A stretch of DNA of 14,388 nt, from the IMG/VR virus record IMGVR_UViG_2671180636_000001. One strand, 5' to 3'. This stretch comes from a virus (lineage: Duplodnaviria; Heunggongvirae; Uroviricota; Caudoviricetes). The notes below the pieces were generated by a model that worked only from the letters and a program-made list of their open reading frames with translations, made no database searches and was not told the DNA's origin. The position numbers were made by a program, and so were the translations under genes. This document shows positions 1 through 13,105 of this stretch, in pieces; position 1 is the stretch's first letter, and every line of letters begins with the position of its first letter.

Positions 1-11
1 AAGGTTTTCAT
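1..11 (-). CDS. 5' end only (start codon) of the next minor tail gene downstream of H (lambda M-like); truncated by window edge
   Basis: Minus-strand ATG at 9-11 overlaps the H stop (8-10) in an ATGA junction, as at the lambda H/M boundary; the rest of the gene lies outside the window. Confidence 0.4.
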
Positions 12-2569
12 CGTCCACCTCCGGAGAACAGGCCACCATCACGCATCTGTGTCTGAATTTCATCACGGGCACCCTTGCGGGCCATGTCATACACGGCCTT
101 CATCATCTGTGGACCTGGCAGACCATTCGTACCGTCGTTCTGAATCACCACGTGATTGTTCTGATTAAAATTAATGCCTTCAGCCCGCCGCATCTGCGCC
201 GGACTTCCGGCACCGCCCACATAACCACCTTCCGCATAGCCGCGCATCAGCCGGTAGAGATTCCCCACGCCAATCCGGCTGGTTGCCTCCTTCGTGAAGA
301 CAAATTCACCACGGTGAACAATCCCCGCTGGCTCATATTTGCCGCCGGTTCCCGTAAATCCCCCGGTTGCAAAATGGAATTTCACCGCAGCGGCCTGAAT
401 GGCTGTACCACCTGACGCGGATGCGCCGCCACCAACAGCCCCGCCAATGGCGCTGCCGATACTCCCGACAATCCCCACCATTGCCTGCTTAAGCAGAATT
501 TCTGTCATCATGGACAGCACGGAGCGGGTGAAGCTGCGCCAGTTCTGTTCACTGCCGGTCAGCATCGCCGCCATATTCTGTGCAATACCATCAAAGGTCT
601 GCGTGGCTGCACTTTTAACCTGTGACATACTGTCCGTGGCGCTCTCTTCCCACTCACTCCAGCCGGACTTCAGGCCTGCCATCCAGCTCCCGCGAAGCTG
701 GTCTTCAGCCGCCCAGGTCTTTTTCTGCTCTGACATGACGTTATTCAGCGCCAGAGGATTATCGCCATACTGTTCCTTCAGGCGCTGTTCCGTGGCTTCC
801 CGCGCTGCCTGCCGGTCAGTCAGCCCCCGGTTTTTCGCATCAATGGCTGCCCGTTTTGCCCGTTGCTGCTGTGCGAATTTATCCGCCTGCTGCGCCAGCG
901 CATTCAGGTGCTCCTGATACGTAACCTTGTCACCAAGTGCAGCCAGCTGGCGTTTGTACTCCAGCGTCTCGTCTTTATGCGCCAGCAGGGATTTCTCCTG
1001 TGCGGACAGCTGGCGACGTTGTGCCGCCTCCTCCAGTACCGCGAACTGACTTTCTGCCTTCCACAAATCCCGGCGCTGCTGGCTGATTTTCTCATTCGCT
1101 CCGGCATGCTTCTCCAGCGTCCGGAGTTCTGCCTGAAGCGTCAGCAGGGCCGCATGAGCACTGTCTTCCTGACGATCGCCCGCATACACCTTCACGCCGG
1201 ACTGTTTCGGCTTTTTCAGCGTCGCTTCATAATCCTTTTTCGCCGCCGCCATCAGCGTGTTGTAATCTGCCTGCAGGATTTTTCCGTCTTTCAGTGCCTT
1301 GTTCAGTTCTTCCTGACGGGCGGTATATTTCTCCAGCGGCGTCTGCAGCCGTTCGTAAGCCTTCTGCGCCTCTTCGGTATATTTCAGCCGTGACGCTTCG
1401 GTATCGCTCTGCTGCTGCGCATTTTTGTCCTGTTGACGCTGTTGATCTACCCTCTTTTGGGCTGCATCCCGCTCCAGGCGTTTTTTTTCACGATCATCCC
1501 AGTAACGCGCCCGTGCTTCATCGTTAACGAAATAATCATCCTTGCGCAGATTCCAGATGTCGTCTGCTTTCTTAAACGCAGCCTCTGCCTTAATCAGCAT
1601 CTCCTGCGCGGTATCAGGACGACCAATATCCAGCACCGCATCCCACATGGATTTGAATGCACGTGCAGTCCTGTCTGCCCAGGTCTCCAGCGTGCCCATG
1701 TTCTCTTTCAGGCGGCGGGTCTGGTCATCAAACCCTTTCGTTGCGGCCTCGTTCGCCGCCTGCAATGCCCCGGCTTCATCGCCGGAACGCTGCAACTGAG
1801 CAACATACGCAATCTGCTCCGCCGTCACGTTATGGAACTGGCGTGCCATCGCCGTCAGCCCCGACGTCGGGTCTGTGGTCAGCTTCCCGAAGGCTTCAGC
1901 GACCTTGTCCACCTCCACGCCGGATGCATAGGAGAAACGCGCCACACTCTGGCTGATGGACGCAATCTGAGCCTCACCGCTTACCCCCGCCTTAACCAGT
2001 GCGCTGAGTGACTCGCTGGTCTGGTTAAACGTCAGCCCTGCCGCCTGCCCGGCTCTGGACAGGACCAGCATACGATCTGCCGTCAGTCCCGCCTGATTAC
2101 CGGAAAGGACCAGCGTTTTGTTGAAATCGGACAGGGTTGAGTTGCCCTGATACCAGGCATACGCCAGCGCACCGGTCGCCACCGCCAGCGAGGTGGCCCC
2201 CACCATCGGCAGGGTGATCGCGCCGGCAAGCCCCCTGAACATGGGGATCATCCCGCCGAAGGAGTCCTTAACCTGACCACCCTGTTGCAGCAGGATCAGC
2301 CAGGGATTCTGCCCCCCTGCAAGCTGCGTGGCCACGTCGGTGAACTGTGCAGGCAGCATACGCATGGCGGCTTTATACTGCCCGACGGAAATCCCCGCTT
2401 TCTGTGCAGCCAGCGCCTGTCGGCTCAGCGACTGTTCAACGACTGCCGCTGTTTTTTTCGCATCACTTTCCGTACCGGAAAAATGACGCCTGACTCTGGC
2501 CATCTGCTCGTCAAATCTGGCCGCATCCAGACTCAAATCAACGACCAGATCGCCTACCGGTTCAGCCAT
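8..2569 (-). CDS. H: Tail tape measure protein (lambda gpH-like), 853 aa
   Basis: Full-length 853-aa ORF; translation (MAEPVGDLVVDLSLDAARFDEQ... GLFSGGGR) is recognised as lambda gpH, with coiled-coil-rich centre and Gly-rich C-terminal segment; sits directly downstream of G/T as in lambda. Confidence 0.95.
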   Translation of the reverse strand: MAEPVGDLVVDLSLDAARFDEQMARVRRHFSGTESDAKKTAAVVEQSLSRQALAAQKAGISVGQYKAAMRMLPAQFTDVATQLAGGQNPWLILLQQGGQVKDSFGGMIPMFRGLAGAITLPMVGATSLAVATGALAYAWYQGNSTLSDFNKTLVLSGNQAGLTADRMLVLSRAGQAAGLTFNQTSESLSALVKAGVSGEAQIASISQSVARFSYASGVEVDKVAEAFGKLTTDPTSGLTAMARQFHNVTAEQIAYVAQLQRSGDEAGALQAANEAATKGFDDQTRRLKENMGTLETWADRTARAFKSMWDAVLDIGRPDTAQEMLIKAEAAFKKADDIWNLRKDDYFVNDEARARYWDDREKKRLERDAAQKRVDQQRQQDKNAQQQSDTEASRLKYTEEAQKAYERLQTPLEKYTARQEELNKALKDGKILQADYNTLMAAAKKDYEATLKKPKQSGVKVYAGDRQEDSAHAALLTLQAELRTLEKHAGANEKISQQRRDLWKAESQFAVLEEAAQRRQLSAQEKSLLAHKDETLEYKRQLAALGDKVTYQEHLNALAQQADKFAQQQRAKRAAIDAKNRGLTDRQAAREATEQRLKEQYGDNPLALNNVMSEQKKTWAAEDQLRGSWMAGLKSGWSEWEESATDSMSQVKSAATQTFDGIAQNMAAMLTGSEQNWRSFTRSVLSMMTEILLKQAMVGIVGSIGSAIGGAVGGGASASGGTAIQAAAVKFHFATGGFTGTGGKYEPAGIVHRGEFVFTKEATSRIGVGNLYRLMRGYAEGGYVGGAGSPAQMRRAEGINFNQNNHVVIQNDGTNGLPGPQMMKAVYDMARKGARDEIQTQMRDGGLFSGGGR

Positions 2570-2996
2570 ACCGGACTCCTCCTGCGATCCCTTCTGATAC
2601 TGTCATCAGCATTACGTCATCCTCCGTCATGTCCGCCACATCCGGGGAAGCGGGGATAACTTCATTCCCGTCCGGGCCAAAGCGGACACCTCCGGCAAGC
2701 CCTGCCGCTTTCTGCATCAGCACATCATCTTCAGGCTCTTCGTCAGCCTCGCGCCGGTTCAGCAGACTGAAATCCAGCGGATGCATCTCCGGATCGCTGA
2801 AAAACAGGCTGAGCACGGTGTACGTCAGCCCGGAAAAGTGCATATCCAGCAGAACATCATGAAAATAATGGGTACTGTAAAAGCGGTGCCAGTCGGCATA
2901 CTCCGTGGATGACATCCCGGCAAGCATGGCGCGCCAGTCGGGTCGCCCCATCTCACGCGCCAGTTTCAGGGCAAAACTCAGCTCACCGTCGAACAC
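2562..2996 (-). CDS. T: T portion of the tail assembly chaperone G-T fusion; expressed only by -1 frameshift from G, no independent start expected
   Basis: 144-aa open frame overlapping the 3' end of G in the -1 frame; slippery heptamer GGGAAAG on the minus strand at 2996-3002; ends in ATGA-type overlap with the H start. Confidence 0.85.
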   Translation of the reverse strand: MFDGELSFALKLAREMGRPDWRAMLAGMSSTEYADWHRFYSTHYFHDVLLDMHFSGLTYTVLSLFFSDPEMHPLDFSLLNRREADEEPEDDVLMQKAAGLAGGVRFGPDGNEVIPASPDVADMTEDDVMLMTVSEGIAGGVRYG

Positions 2997-3400
2997 TTTC
3001 CCGCAGAAACAGGCTCTGCAGGCCCGGCGTCCTCTGCCTGTTCAGGAGCATCATTCACCACAAACTCATACATACCGGACAGCCGGTACACCACGTTTTC
3101 AGCATGAGAAATTGCCTCTGTGGGCCAGGTGGTAAGCACTTCCTGCTCAATCTGTTTAACGGCTTCATTCATGGACGGCATCTGCGTCTTCTTCGGATGG
3201 TTATGCCACAGGGACATCGCAACCACAAAAGCGCCGGTTCTGATGGCGTCTTCCACAGTAAACTTCCGGTTGCTGTCTGACTCCGCCTGTTCTGCCTGCC
3301 GTTTCATCAGGTCGAGATGCTCAATACGCTGCAGGGCTGACAGTTCAGAAAGCGTGACGGTCACACCGTTATGTTCAAATGATTCGGTTTTCAGGAACAT
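2978..3400 (-). CDS. G: Tail assembly chaperone (lambda gpG-like), 140 aa
   Basis: 140-aa ORF (MFLKTESFEHNGVTVTLSEL...) recognised as lambda gpG; located between V and H; contains the frameshift site near its 3' end. Confidence 0.93.
   Translation of the reverse strand: MFLKTESFEHNGVTVTLSELSALQRIEHLDLMKRQAEQAESDSNRKFTVEDAIRTGAFVVAMSLWHNHPKKTQMPSMNEAVKQIEQEVLTTWPTEAISHAENVVYRLSGMYEFVVNDAPEQAEDAGPAEPVSAGKCSTVS
2996..3002 (-). other. Programmed -1 ribosomal frameshift slippery heptamer (G GGA AAG) for G-T synthesis
   Basis: Plus-strand CTTTCCC at 2996-3002 is GGGAAAG on the minus strand, inside the G/T overlap, the same heptamer as the established lambda G-T frameshift site. Confidence 0.8.
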
Positions 3401-3415
3401 CGCTGACTCTCCGGA

Positions 3416-4156
3416 TTAACTGGCGGTGACGTTGATTTCTGCAACCGCAGCAAACTCACCATTACCAGATACGACCGGAATGTTGACCTTGCCTGCAGCA
3501 ACACCTTTCACGGTGATGGTCATACCACTGACCGACACGGTGGCTTTTGTTTTATCCGCAGACACCGCACGGAAGCTCTTGTCGGTTGCGCCATCCGGCT
3601 GGAATGCCACGGTCAGCGTGGTGCTCTGCCCTTTCACTACGGAAGCACTGGCGGGTGTCACCGTCATGCCGGTCGTCGCCGTCACCGTGCTGCGATCTTC
3701 TGCCATCGACGGACGTCCCACATTGGTGACCTTCACCGTGCGGGTAATCACCTCCTTCGCCGTCACCGCCTTACCGATACTGCTGACCCAGCCACGGAAC
3801 ACATCGACCGTGCCGTTCGGGAAGCGGATTTTATAGGCACGGGTATCACCTTCATTAAACCACGCCAGCAGCGCCTGCTGCCCCTGCTCTCCGGGCATCC
3901 ACGCCAGCGTGAAGCTGGTATCTCCGGCAGATTTCTGCCCCTGCCCGGTCGCAGTCCAGTCTGCATCTTCATCATCGAGATAGCTGTCGTCATAGGACTC
4001 AGCGGTCAGTTCGCCGGGCGTCAGGTCTTTAACTTTTGCCAGACGCGACCAGTCAACGTCTGAAAGCGGGTTCGCATAAGGGTCACCGCTCCCCTTATAA
4101 ACCCACAGGGTGGTCCCGGCACCTTTCACCGGCATTGTAGGATTTGGTACAGGCAT
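3416..4156 (-). CDS. V: Major tail tube protein (lambda gpV-like), 246 aa, with C-terminal Ig-like domain
   Basis: Translation from [22 protein letters not shown]... recognised as lambda gpV; start placed at the internal ATG (4154-4156) preceded by a GAGGA Shine-Dalgarno rather than at the ORF-track start 10 codons upstream. Confidence 0.93.
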   Translation of the reverse strand: MPVPNPTMPVKGAGTTLWVYKGSGDPYANPLSDVDWSRLAKVKDLTPGELTAESYDDSYLDDEDADWTATGQGQKSAGDTSFTLAWMPGEQGQQALLAWFNEGDTRAYKIRFPNGTVDVFRGWVSSIGKAVTAKEVITRTVKVTNVGRPSMAEDRSTVTATTGMTVTPASASVVKGQSTTLTVAFQPDGATDKSFRAVSADKTKATVSVSGMTITVKGVAAGKVNIPVVSGNGEFAAVAEINVTAS

Positions 4157-4163
4157 AGCGTCC

Positions 4164-4559
4164 TCACATTTCATAGATAATGACATAAGTCAGATCGGCT
4201 GAACTCCACAGGCCCGCATCATCGTCGCGCCGGTAGTCATAGCCGCTGGCCACCATACTGGTGATCAAATCTGACAGTGCCGGGATATCGCTCATCACAG
4301 GATAAATCCGGGACTCCATCCACGAATCCAGCTCTGAATCCGGCACCTGAGCAGGCAGGAAAACTTCAATATGCAGCTCCGCCTGCCAGGTATCGCTGTC
4401 CAGCTCTTCGCCCGTGTATTCAGCGCCGGTGAGATAAACGGCAATTGCCGGAAAATCTTCCTCATCAAAAACAGCGGGGCGACCATCAAAAAGCGTCGCC
4501 CCGGTGTCATGCTTCTCCAGTGCATCCAGTACGGCTGCACGGAGTTCAGTATGTTTCAT
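4164..4559 (-). CDS. U: Tail terminator protein (lambda gpU-like), 131 aa
   Basis: Translation [31 protein letters not shown]...YVIIYEM recognised as lambda gpU; start ATG at 4557-4559 overlaps the Z stop in an ATGA junction; the longer ORF-track N-terminus runs through masked N and is not real. Confidence 0.93.
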   Translation of the reverse strand: MKHTELRAAVLDALEKHDTGATLFDGRPAVFDEEDFPAIAVYLTGAEYTGEELDSDTWQAELHIEVFLPAQVPDSELDSWMESRIYPVMSDIPALSDLITSMVASGYDYRRDDDAGLWSSADLTYVIIYEM

Positions 4560-5194
4560 CGCTTTATTACCATTCTCAGTTGATGCTGCAGCGCATAGCN
4601 NNNNNNNNNNNNNNNNNNNNNNNNNNNNNNTTCGGAAGACGTTCACGCCGTATCCGTTCAATATTCTGTTTAAACGCCGTGGTCAGCGGCACCGCCATCG
4701 GGATTTTCACCACATCAATGGGGTAACGGTTTTTCCCGGCCACACGCTGCATAACATGCCACCGGCCGTTTTTCAGTTGCTGAATNNNNNNNNNNNNNNN
4801 NNNNNNNNNNNNNNNNNNNNNNNNNNNNNNNNNNNNNNNNNNNNNNNNNNNNNNNNNNNNNNNNNNNNNNNNNNNNNNNNNNNNNNNNNNNNNNNNNNNN
4901 NNNNNNNNNNNNNNNNNNNNNNNNNNNNNNNNNNNNNNNNNNNNNNNNNNNNNNNNNNNNNNNNNNNNNNNNNNNNNNNNNNNNNNNNNNNNNNNNNNNN
5001 NNNNNNNNNNNNNNNNNNNNNNNNNNNNNNNNNNNNNNNNNNNNNNNNNNNNNNNNNNNNNNNNNNNNNNNNNNNNNNNNNNNNNNNNNNNNNNNNNNNN
5101 NNNNNNNNNNNNNNNNNNNNNNNNNNNNNNNNNNNNNNNNNNNNNNNNNNNNNNNNNNGTTTTCAACGGCCTGCTCAAGACCTTTTATGGCCAT
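4556..5194 (-). CDS. Z: Tail completion protein (lambda gpZ-like); interrupted by masked N runs at 4600-4630 and 4786-5158
   Basis: N-terminus MAIKGLEQAVEN (start 5192-5194) and unmasked internal/C-terminal segments (IQQLKNGRWHVMQRVAGKNRYPIDVVKIPMAVPLTTAFKQNIERIRRERLP ... stop overlapping the U start) match lambda gpZ; true length uncertain because the N runs do not conserve length or frame. Confidence 0.8.
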
Positions 5195-5205
5195 ACATCC
5201 CCCTT

Positions 5206-5580
5206 TCAGCGGCGACGGTTAACGGCAGGNNNNNNNNNNNNNNNNNNNNNNNNNNNNNNNNNNNNAAGCCAGAGATGACAACTTCCGCCATCATCCGGCG
5301 AAACCCGATCTACCCAGAAATTTTCCTCACCGATGGTCAGCGTGTCTCCACGCCGCAGCTGCCGCACCTCATCAGTCCGGACAAACAGGGACGGGCTGGA
5401 GCCTTCAACGCGCACGCCCTGTCCGGCATAGCTGATATTTTCAGGGTCATCAAAAACACCACGTATCACCGCACCTGACTGCTCACCGGATGTCATGGTG
5501 GCTGACGTTCCCATGTACCCGCGTATCGTTTCATCGGCGCGGGCAATGGCAGCATCGAACAGGTTATCGAAATCAGCCAC
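5206..5580 (-). CDS. FII: Head-tail joining protein (lambda gpFII-like); contains masked run 5230-5265
   Basis: Translation MADFDNLFDAAIARADETIRGYMGTSAT...CHLWL[masked]PAVNRRR recognised as lambda gpFII; 11-nt spacer to the Z start as in lambda. Confidence 0.85.
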   Translation of the reverse strand: MADFDNLFDAAIARADETIRGYMGTSATMTSGEQSGAVIRGVFDDPENISYAGQGVRVEGSSPSLFVRTDEVRQLRRGDTLTIGEENFWVDRVSPDDGGSCHLWLXXXXXXXXXXXXPAVNRRR

Positions 5581-5591
5581 AGCGCCTCCCG

Positions 5592-5990
5592 TTATTGCAT
5601 TCTGGCCAGGCCGCGCTCTGTCATTTCGGCTGCCACACCGGCAGAGACACGAAACGCCGTTCCCGGCAGCACAAATGCCACAGGTTTATCCCGCGTGGCG
5701 TGAAGTGCATCAGTATGCAGCGTCACCAGTGCCACGACCGTGACCAGTTCAGCCGTATCCTGAATCACGGTATCCGGCTGCGCTGATACCACCTCATTTT
5801 CATGCCCGGTCAGCACATTTTCCCGGCTGAGAGGGGTGTCCTGACCGGCAGTTTCATCCGTGTCATCAAGCTCTTCTTCCAGCTCTGCCACACGAAGCGC
5901 CAGTTCTTCTTTCGTTCCCGTCAAACTGACATCGCGGTTCAATTGCTCACCCAGCTCCTGAAGACGGGCAATCAGTTCATCTTTCGTCAT
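5592..5990 (-). CDS. FI: DNA packaging / head assembly accessory protein (lambda gpFI-like), 132 aa
   Basis: Translation from MTKDELIARLQELGEQLNRDVSLTGTKEEL... recognised as lambda gpFI; start at the internal ATG (5988-5990) preceded by GGAGGA, not the longer ORF-track start. Confidence 0.93.
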   Translation of the reverse strand: MTKDELIARLQELGEQLNRDVSLTGTKEELALRVAELEEELDDTDETAGQDTPLSRENVLTGHENEVVSAQPDTVIQDTAELVTVVALVTLHTDALHATRDKPVAFVLPGTAFRVSAGVAAEMTERGLARMQ

Positions 5991-6031
5991 GAACTCCTCC
6001 ACAGAGAGAAAATGGCCCCGAAGGGCCATGA

Positions 6032-7057
6032 TTACGCCAGTTGAACGGACACGAACTCATCAGGATCAGCCAGCAGCATCAGCGGTGCTGACTGAATCAT
6101 GGTGAACTCACGCGCCGGATCGCCGGTGGTCACCCAGTTTTTCGGGTAACGGGCAGAAGCGTTAATGCCTTCGCGCTGTGCGTCCGCATCCTGAATGCAG
6201 CCATAGGTGCGCAGACCGCGAGCCTGAGTGTTCCCCAGCACCATCGTGTTGTCCGGCAGGAAGTTCTTTTTGACGCCGTTTTCCACGTACTGTCCGGAAT
6301 ACACGACGATGGCCACATCGCCATACATTCCCTTATAGGACACCGCTTTGCCCAGGTCTTTTACCGCTGTCTCCAGCTCGGAATGAGAGCCGCGACGGGT
6401 ATCCAGCTTCTCCTTGACGGCTTTGAAGGAACGGAACAGCGCCCAGCCTTTCGGGTCAAACACGATGATATTCACCACACCGCTGGCGTTCAGCGCGTAG
6501 GCTTCGATATCGTCGGTCGGGTCATACGTGGACTTGTCACGCTTGCTCCACTCCGTGACGCCGGACTGTGTGATGTTGTTCGCCGCACTGCGGCCCATAT
6601 CCACCTCAACCGGATCGAAGGCTTCACCGGTCATGGTGTATTTGCCCTTGAGCACGGCAGAAACTGCCTGCATCTCTTCGACCTGAGCAATGGCCAGCTC
6701 TTCGTCACGCATGTTCTGCATGATGATGCGACGGCGGCGGTAAGCCGGGTCCGCCAGATTCTGCGGATCTTCATCCGGCAGGCGACGCAGGGTCATCTGC
6801 GGATTCACCTCATGCTTGGGTTTGACATATCCCGGCGTAAATTCAGAGGTGGAGCCGCCACGGGAACGGATAACCTCACCGGAAACAATCGGCGAAACGT
6901 ACAGCGCCATGTTTACCAGTCCCGGAATTTGTGAGAGATAGACTTTCTCCGTAGTGAAGGGATAGCTCTCACGGAAAAAGAGACGCAGAAACAGCGGATC
7001 AAACTTAAATTTCTGCTCATTTGCCGCCAGCAGCTGGGCGGTTGTGTACATCGACAT
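6032..7057 (-). CDS. E: Major capsid protein (lambda gpE-like), 341 aa
   Basis: Translation MSMYTTAQLLAANEQKFKFDPLFLRLFFRESYPFTTEKVYLSQIPG... recognised as lambda gpE; start at ATG 7055-7057 (the ORF-track start 9 codons upstream is discounted). Confidence 0.95.
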   Translation of the reverse strand: MSMYTTAQLLAANEQKFKFDPLFLRLFFRESYPFTTEKVYLSQIPGLVNMALYVSPIVSGEVIRSRGGSTSEFTPGYVKPKHEVNPQMTLRRLPDEDPQNLADPAYRRRRIIMQNMRDEELAIAQVEEMQAVSAVLKGKYTMTGEAFDPVEVDMGRSAANNITQSGVTEWSKRDKSTYDPTDDIEAYALNASGVVNIIVFDPKGWALFRSFKAVKEKLDTRRGSHSELETAVKDLGKAVSYKGMYGDVAIVVYSGQYVENGVKKNFLPDNTMVLGNTQARGLRTYGCIQDADAQREGINASARYPKNWVTTGDPAREFTMIQSAPLMLLADPDEFVSVQLA

Positions 7058-7112
7058 AAAAAAATCCCGTAAAAAAAGCCACACAGGCGGCCTTTAGTGA
7101 TGAAGGGTAAAG

Positions 7113-7445
7113 TTAAACGATGCTGATTGCCGTTCCGGCAAACACGGTCCGTTTTTTCGTCTCGTCGCTGGCAGCCTCCGGCCAGAGCACATCCTCATAA
7201 CGGAACGTGCCGGACTTGTAGAACGTCAGTGTGGTGCTGGTCTGGTCAGCAGCAACCGCAAGAATGCCAACGGCAGCACCGTCGGTGGTGCCATCCCACG
7301 CAACCAGCTTACGGGTGGAGGTGTCCAGCATCAGCGGGGTCATTGCAGGCGCTTTCGCACTCAATCCGCCGGGCGCGGTTGCGGTATGAGCCGGGTCACT
7401 ATTGCCCAGCGGCTGGTAATGGGTAAAGGTTTCTTTGCTCGTCAT
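7113..7445 (-). CDS. D: Capsid decoration protein (lambda gpD-like), 110 aa
   Basis: Translation [41 protein letters not shown]... recognised as lambda gpD; start at the internal ATG 7443-7445, immediately downstream of the C/Nu3 stop. Confidence 0.95.
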   Translation of the reverse strand: MTSKETFTHYQPLGNSDPAHTATAPGGLSAKAPAMTPLMLDTSTRKLVAWDGTTDGAAVGILAVAADQTSTTLTFYKSGTFRYEDVLWPEAASDETKKRTVFAGTAISIV

Positions 7446-7454
7446 AAACATCCC

Positions 7455-8060
7455 TTACACTGGTGTGTTCAGCAAATCGTTAACGGCATCAGATGCCGGG
7501 TTACCTGCAGCCAGCGGTGCCGGTGCCCCCTGCATCAGACGATCCAGCGCAGTGTCACTGCGCGTCTGTGCACTCTGTGGTGCTGCGGCCAGAATACGGC
7601 GGGCCGTTTCCACGGTCATACCGGGGGTTTCGGCCAGCACGCGTGCCTGTTCTTCGCGTCCGTGAGCCTCCTCACAGTTGAGGATCCCCATAATGCGACT
7701 GTTTTCTGCCGCAACCGCTGCGGTGATCTGCGCGTTCACGTCCGGCTGCGCCGCGCTGGCGTTCTCGCCCTCCGTCGCTTGCACCACGCCAGTAACGTCA
7801 GCCTGCGAAGCAGTGGCTGAAACAGTTGTTGATTGAGTCTCTTTGGTCATTCGCCCTCCTGAGAGACGGGATTTACGTGCATCCAGTGCATCACGCATGA
7901 CGGTGATCGCATCGGTACTGTTAACAAGTTCATCAGCCAGTCCGGCATCAATGGCCTCCTGACCGCTGTACACTGCAGCCTCGGTATCCAGCACAGCCTG
8001 CACGGACAGGCCGGTATATGCCGACACCTTCTGTGCAAACATCCGGCGGGTTGCATCCAT
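7455..8060 (-). CDS. Nu3: Capsid scaffolding protein (lambda Nu3-like), in-frame internal start within C, 201 aa
   Basis: Internal ATG at 8058-8060 in the C frame (MDATRRMFAQKVSAYTG...) sharing the C stop; position and length match the established nested C/Nu3 arrangement of lambda. Confidence 0.75.
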   Translation of the reverse strand: MDATRRMFAQKVSAYTGLSVQAVLDTEAAVYSGQEAIDAGLADELVNSTDAITVMRDALDARKSRLSGGRMTKETQSTTVSATASQADVTGVVQATEGENASAAQPDVNAQITAAVAAENSRIMGILNCEEAHGREEQARVLAETPGMTVETARRILAAAPQSAQTRSDTALDRLMQGAPAPLAAGNPASDAVNDLLNTPV

Positions 8061-8768
8061 CCGGGACTGCAATGTTTCCCGGACATCATCCGGTAGATGG
8101 CTGTAGGGGTTGCCATCCACCTTATGGCTGCCGCTGTAAATCAGCGTGATTTCNNNNNNNNNNNNNNNNNNNNNNNNNNNNNNNNNNNNNNNNNNNNNNN
8201 NNNNNNNNNNNNNNNNNNNNNNNNNNNNNNNNNNNNNNNNNNNNNNNNNNNNNNNNNNNNNNNNNNNNNNNNNNNNNNNNNNNNNNNNNNNNNNNNNNNN
8301 NNNNNNNNNNNNNNNNNNNNNNNNNNNNNNNNNNNNNNNNNNNNNNNNNNNNNNNNNNNNNNNNNNNNNNNNNNNNGCCACCATTCCGCCCGGTGTGTCN
8401 NNNNNNNNNNNNNNNNNNNNNNNNNNNNNNNNNNNNNNNNNNNNNNNNNNNNNNNNNNNNNNNNNNNNNNNNNNNNNNNNNNNNNNNNNNNNNNNNNNNN
8501 NNNNNNNNNNNNNNNNNNNNNNNNNNNNNNNNNNNNNNNNNNNNNNNNNNNNNNNNNNNNNNNNNNNNNNNNNNNNNNNNNNNNNNNNNNNNNNNNNNNN
8601 NNNNNNNNNNNNNNNNNNNNNNNNNNNNNNNNNNNNNNNNNNNNNNNNNNNNNNNNNNNNNNNNNNNNNNNNNNNNNNNNNNNNNNNNNNNNNNNNNNNN
8701 NNNNNNNNNNNNNNNNNNNNNNNNNNNNNNNNNNNNNNNNNNNNNNNNNNNNNNNNNNNNNNNNNNNN

Positions 8769-8774
<6 letters not shown>
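7455..8774 (-). CDS. C: Head maturation protease / minor capsid protein (lambda gpC-like); 5' part lies in masked runs (8154-8376, 8400-8839), start coordinate approximate
   Basis: Unmasked C-terminal 230 aa (EITLIYSGSHKVDGNPYSHLPDDVRETLQSRMDATRRMF...NDLLNTPV) and the 8377-8399 island (DTPGGMV) lie in one frame ending at 7455; start inferred from lambda gene length and overlap with B, cannot be read directly. Confidence 0.7.
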
Positions 8775-12535
<3,761 letters not shown>

Positions 12536-12561
<26 letters not shown>

Positions 12562-13081
12562 TCAGCAACCCCGGTATCAGTTCATCCAGCGCGGCTGCTT
12601 TGTTCATGGCTTTGATGATATCCCGTTTCAGGAAATCAACATGTCGGTTTTCCAGTTCCGGAAAACGCCGCTGCACCGACAGGGGGATCCCGTCGAGAAT
12701 ACTGGCAATTTCACCTGCGATCCGCGACAGCACGAAAGTACAGAATGCGGTTTCCACCACTTCAGCGGAGTCTCTGGCATTTTTCAGCTCCTGTGCGTCG
12801 GCCTGCGCACGCGTAAGTCGATGGCGTTCGTACTCAATAGTCCCTGGCTGGAGATCTGTCTCGCTGGCCTGCCGCAGTTCTTCAACTTCCCGGCGCAGCT
12901 TTTCGTTCTCAATTTCAGCATCCCTTTCGGCATACCATCTTATAACGGCGGCAGAGTCATAAAGCACCTCATTACCCTTGCCACCGCCTCGCAGAACGGG
13001 CATTCCCTGTTCCTGCCAGTTCTGAATGGTACGGATACTCGCACCGAAAATGTCAGCCAGCTGCTTTTTGTTGACTTCCAT
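12536..13081 (-). CDS. Nu1: Terminase small subunit (lambda Nu1-like), 181 aa
   Basis: 181-aa ORF (MEVNKKQLADIFGASIRTIQNWQEQGMPVLRGGGKGNEVLYDS...) recognised as lambda Nu1 with N-terminal winged-HTH; overlaps the start of A by 26 nt; lies immediately next to the cosB R sites. Confidence 0.93.
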
Positions 13082-13105
13082 TGTTCATTCCACGGACAAA
13101 AACAG

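Noticed and set aside
399-1393. Plus-strand ORFs of 172 and 176 aa (399-917, 863-1393), plus further plus-strand ORFs to about 2000
   Set aside because: They lie antisense inside the H tape-measure gene, whose identity is strongly supported; they are low-complexity Ala/Arg/Ser/Leu-rich translations typical of the reverse strand of GC-rich coding DNA, with no start context.
3416-4186. Longer ORF-track starts for V (4186), E (7084), FI (6029), D (7451) and U (4661)
   Set aside because: The internal ATGs give the expected lambda protein N-termini and, for V and FI, have clear Shine-Dalgarno motifs; the upstream extensions have none and overlap the neighbouring gene.
4504-5478. 324-aa plus-strand ORF, and other long ORFs made mostly of X residues (8097-9209, 8141-9220, 8146-8913, 8393-8857)
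   Set aside because: These are kept open only because N runs cannot encode stops; they are not evidence of genes.
6383-6934. 183-aa plus-strand ORF
   Set aside because: Antisense within the major capsid gene E; no independent support.
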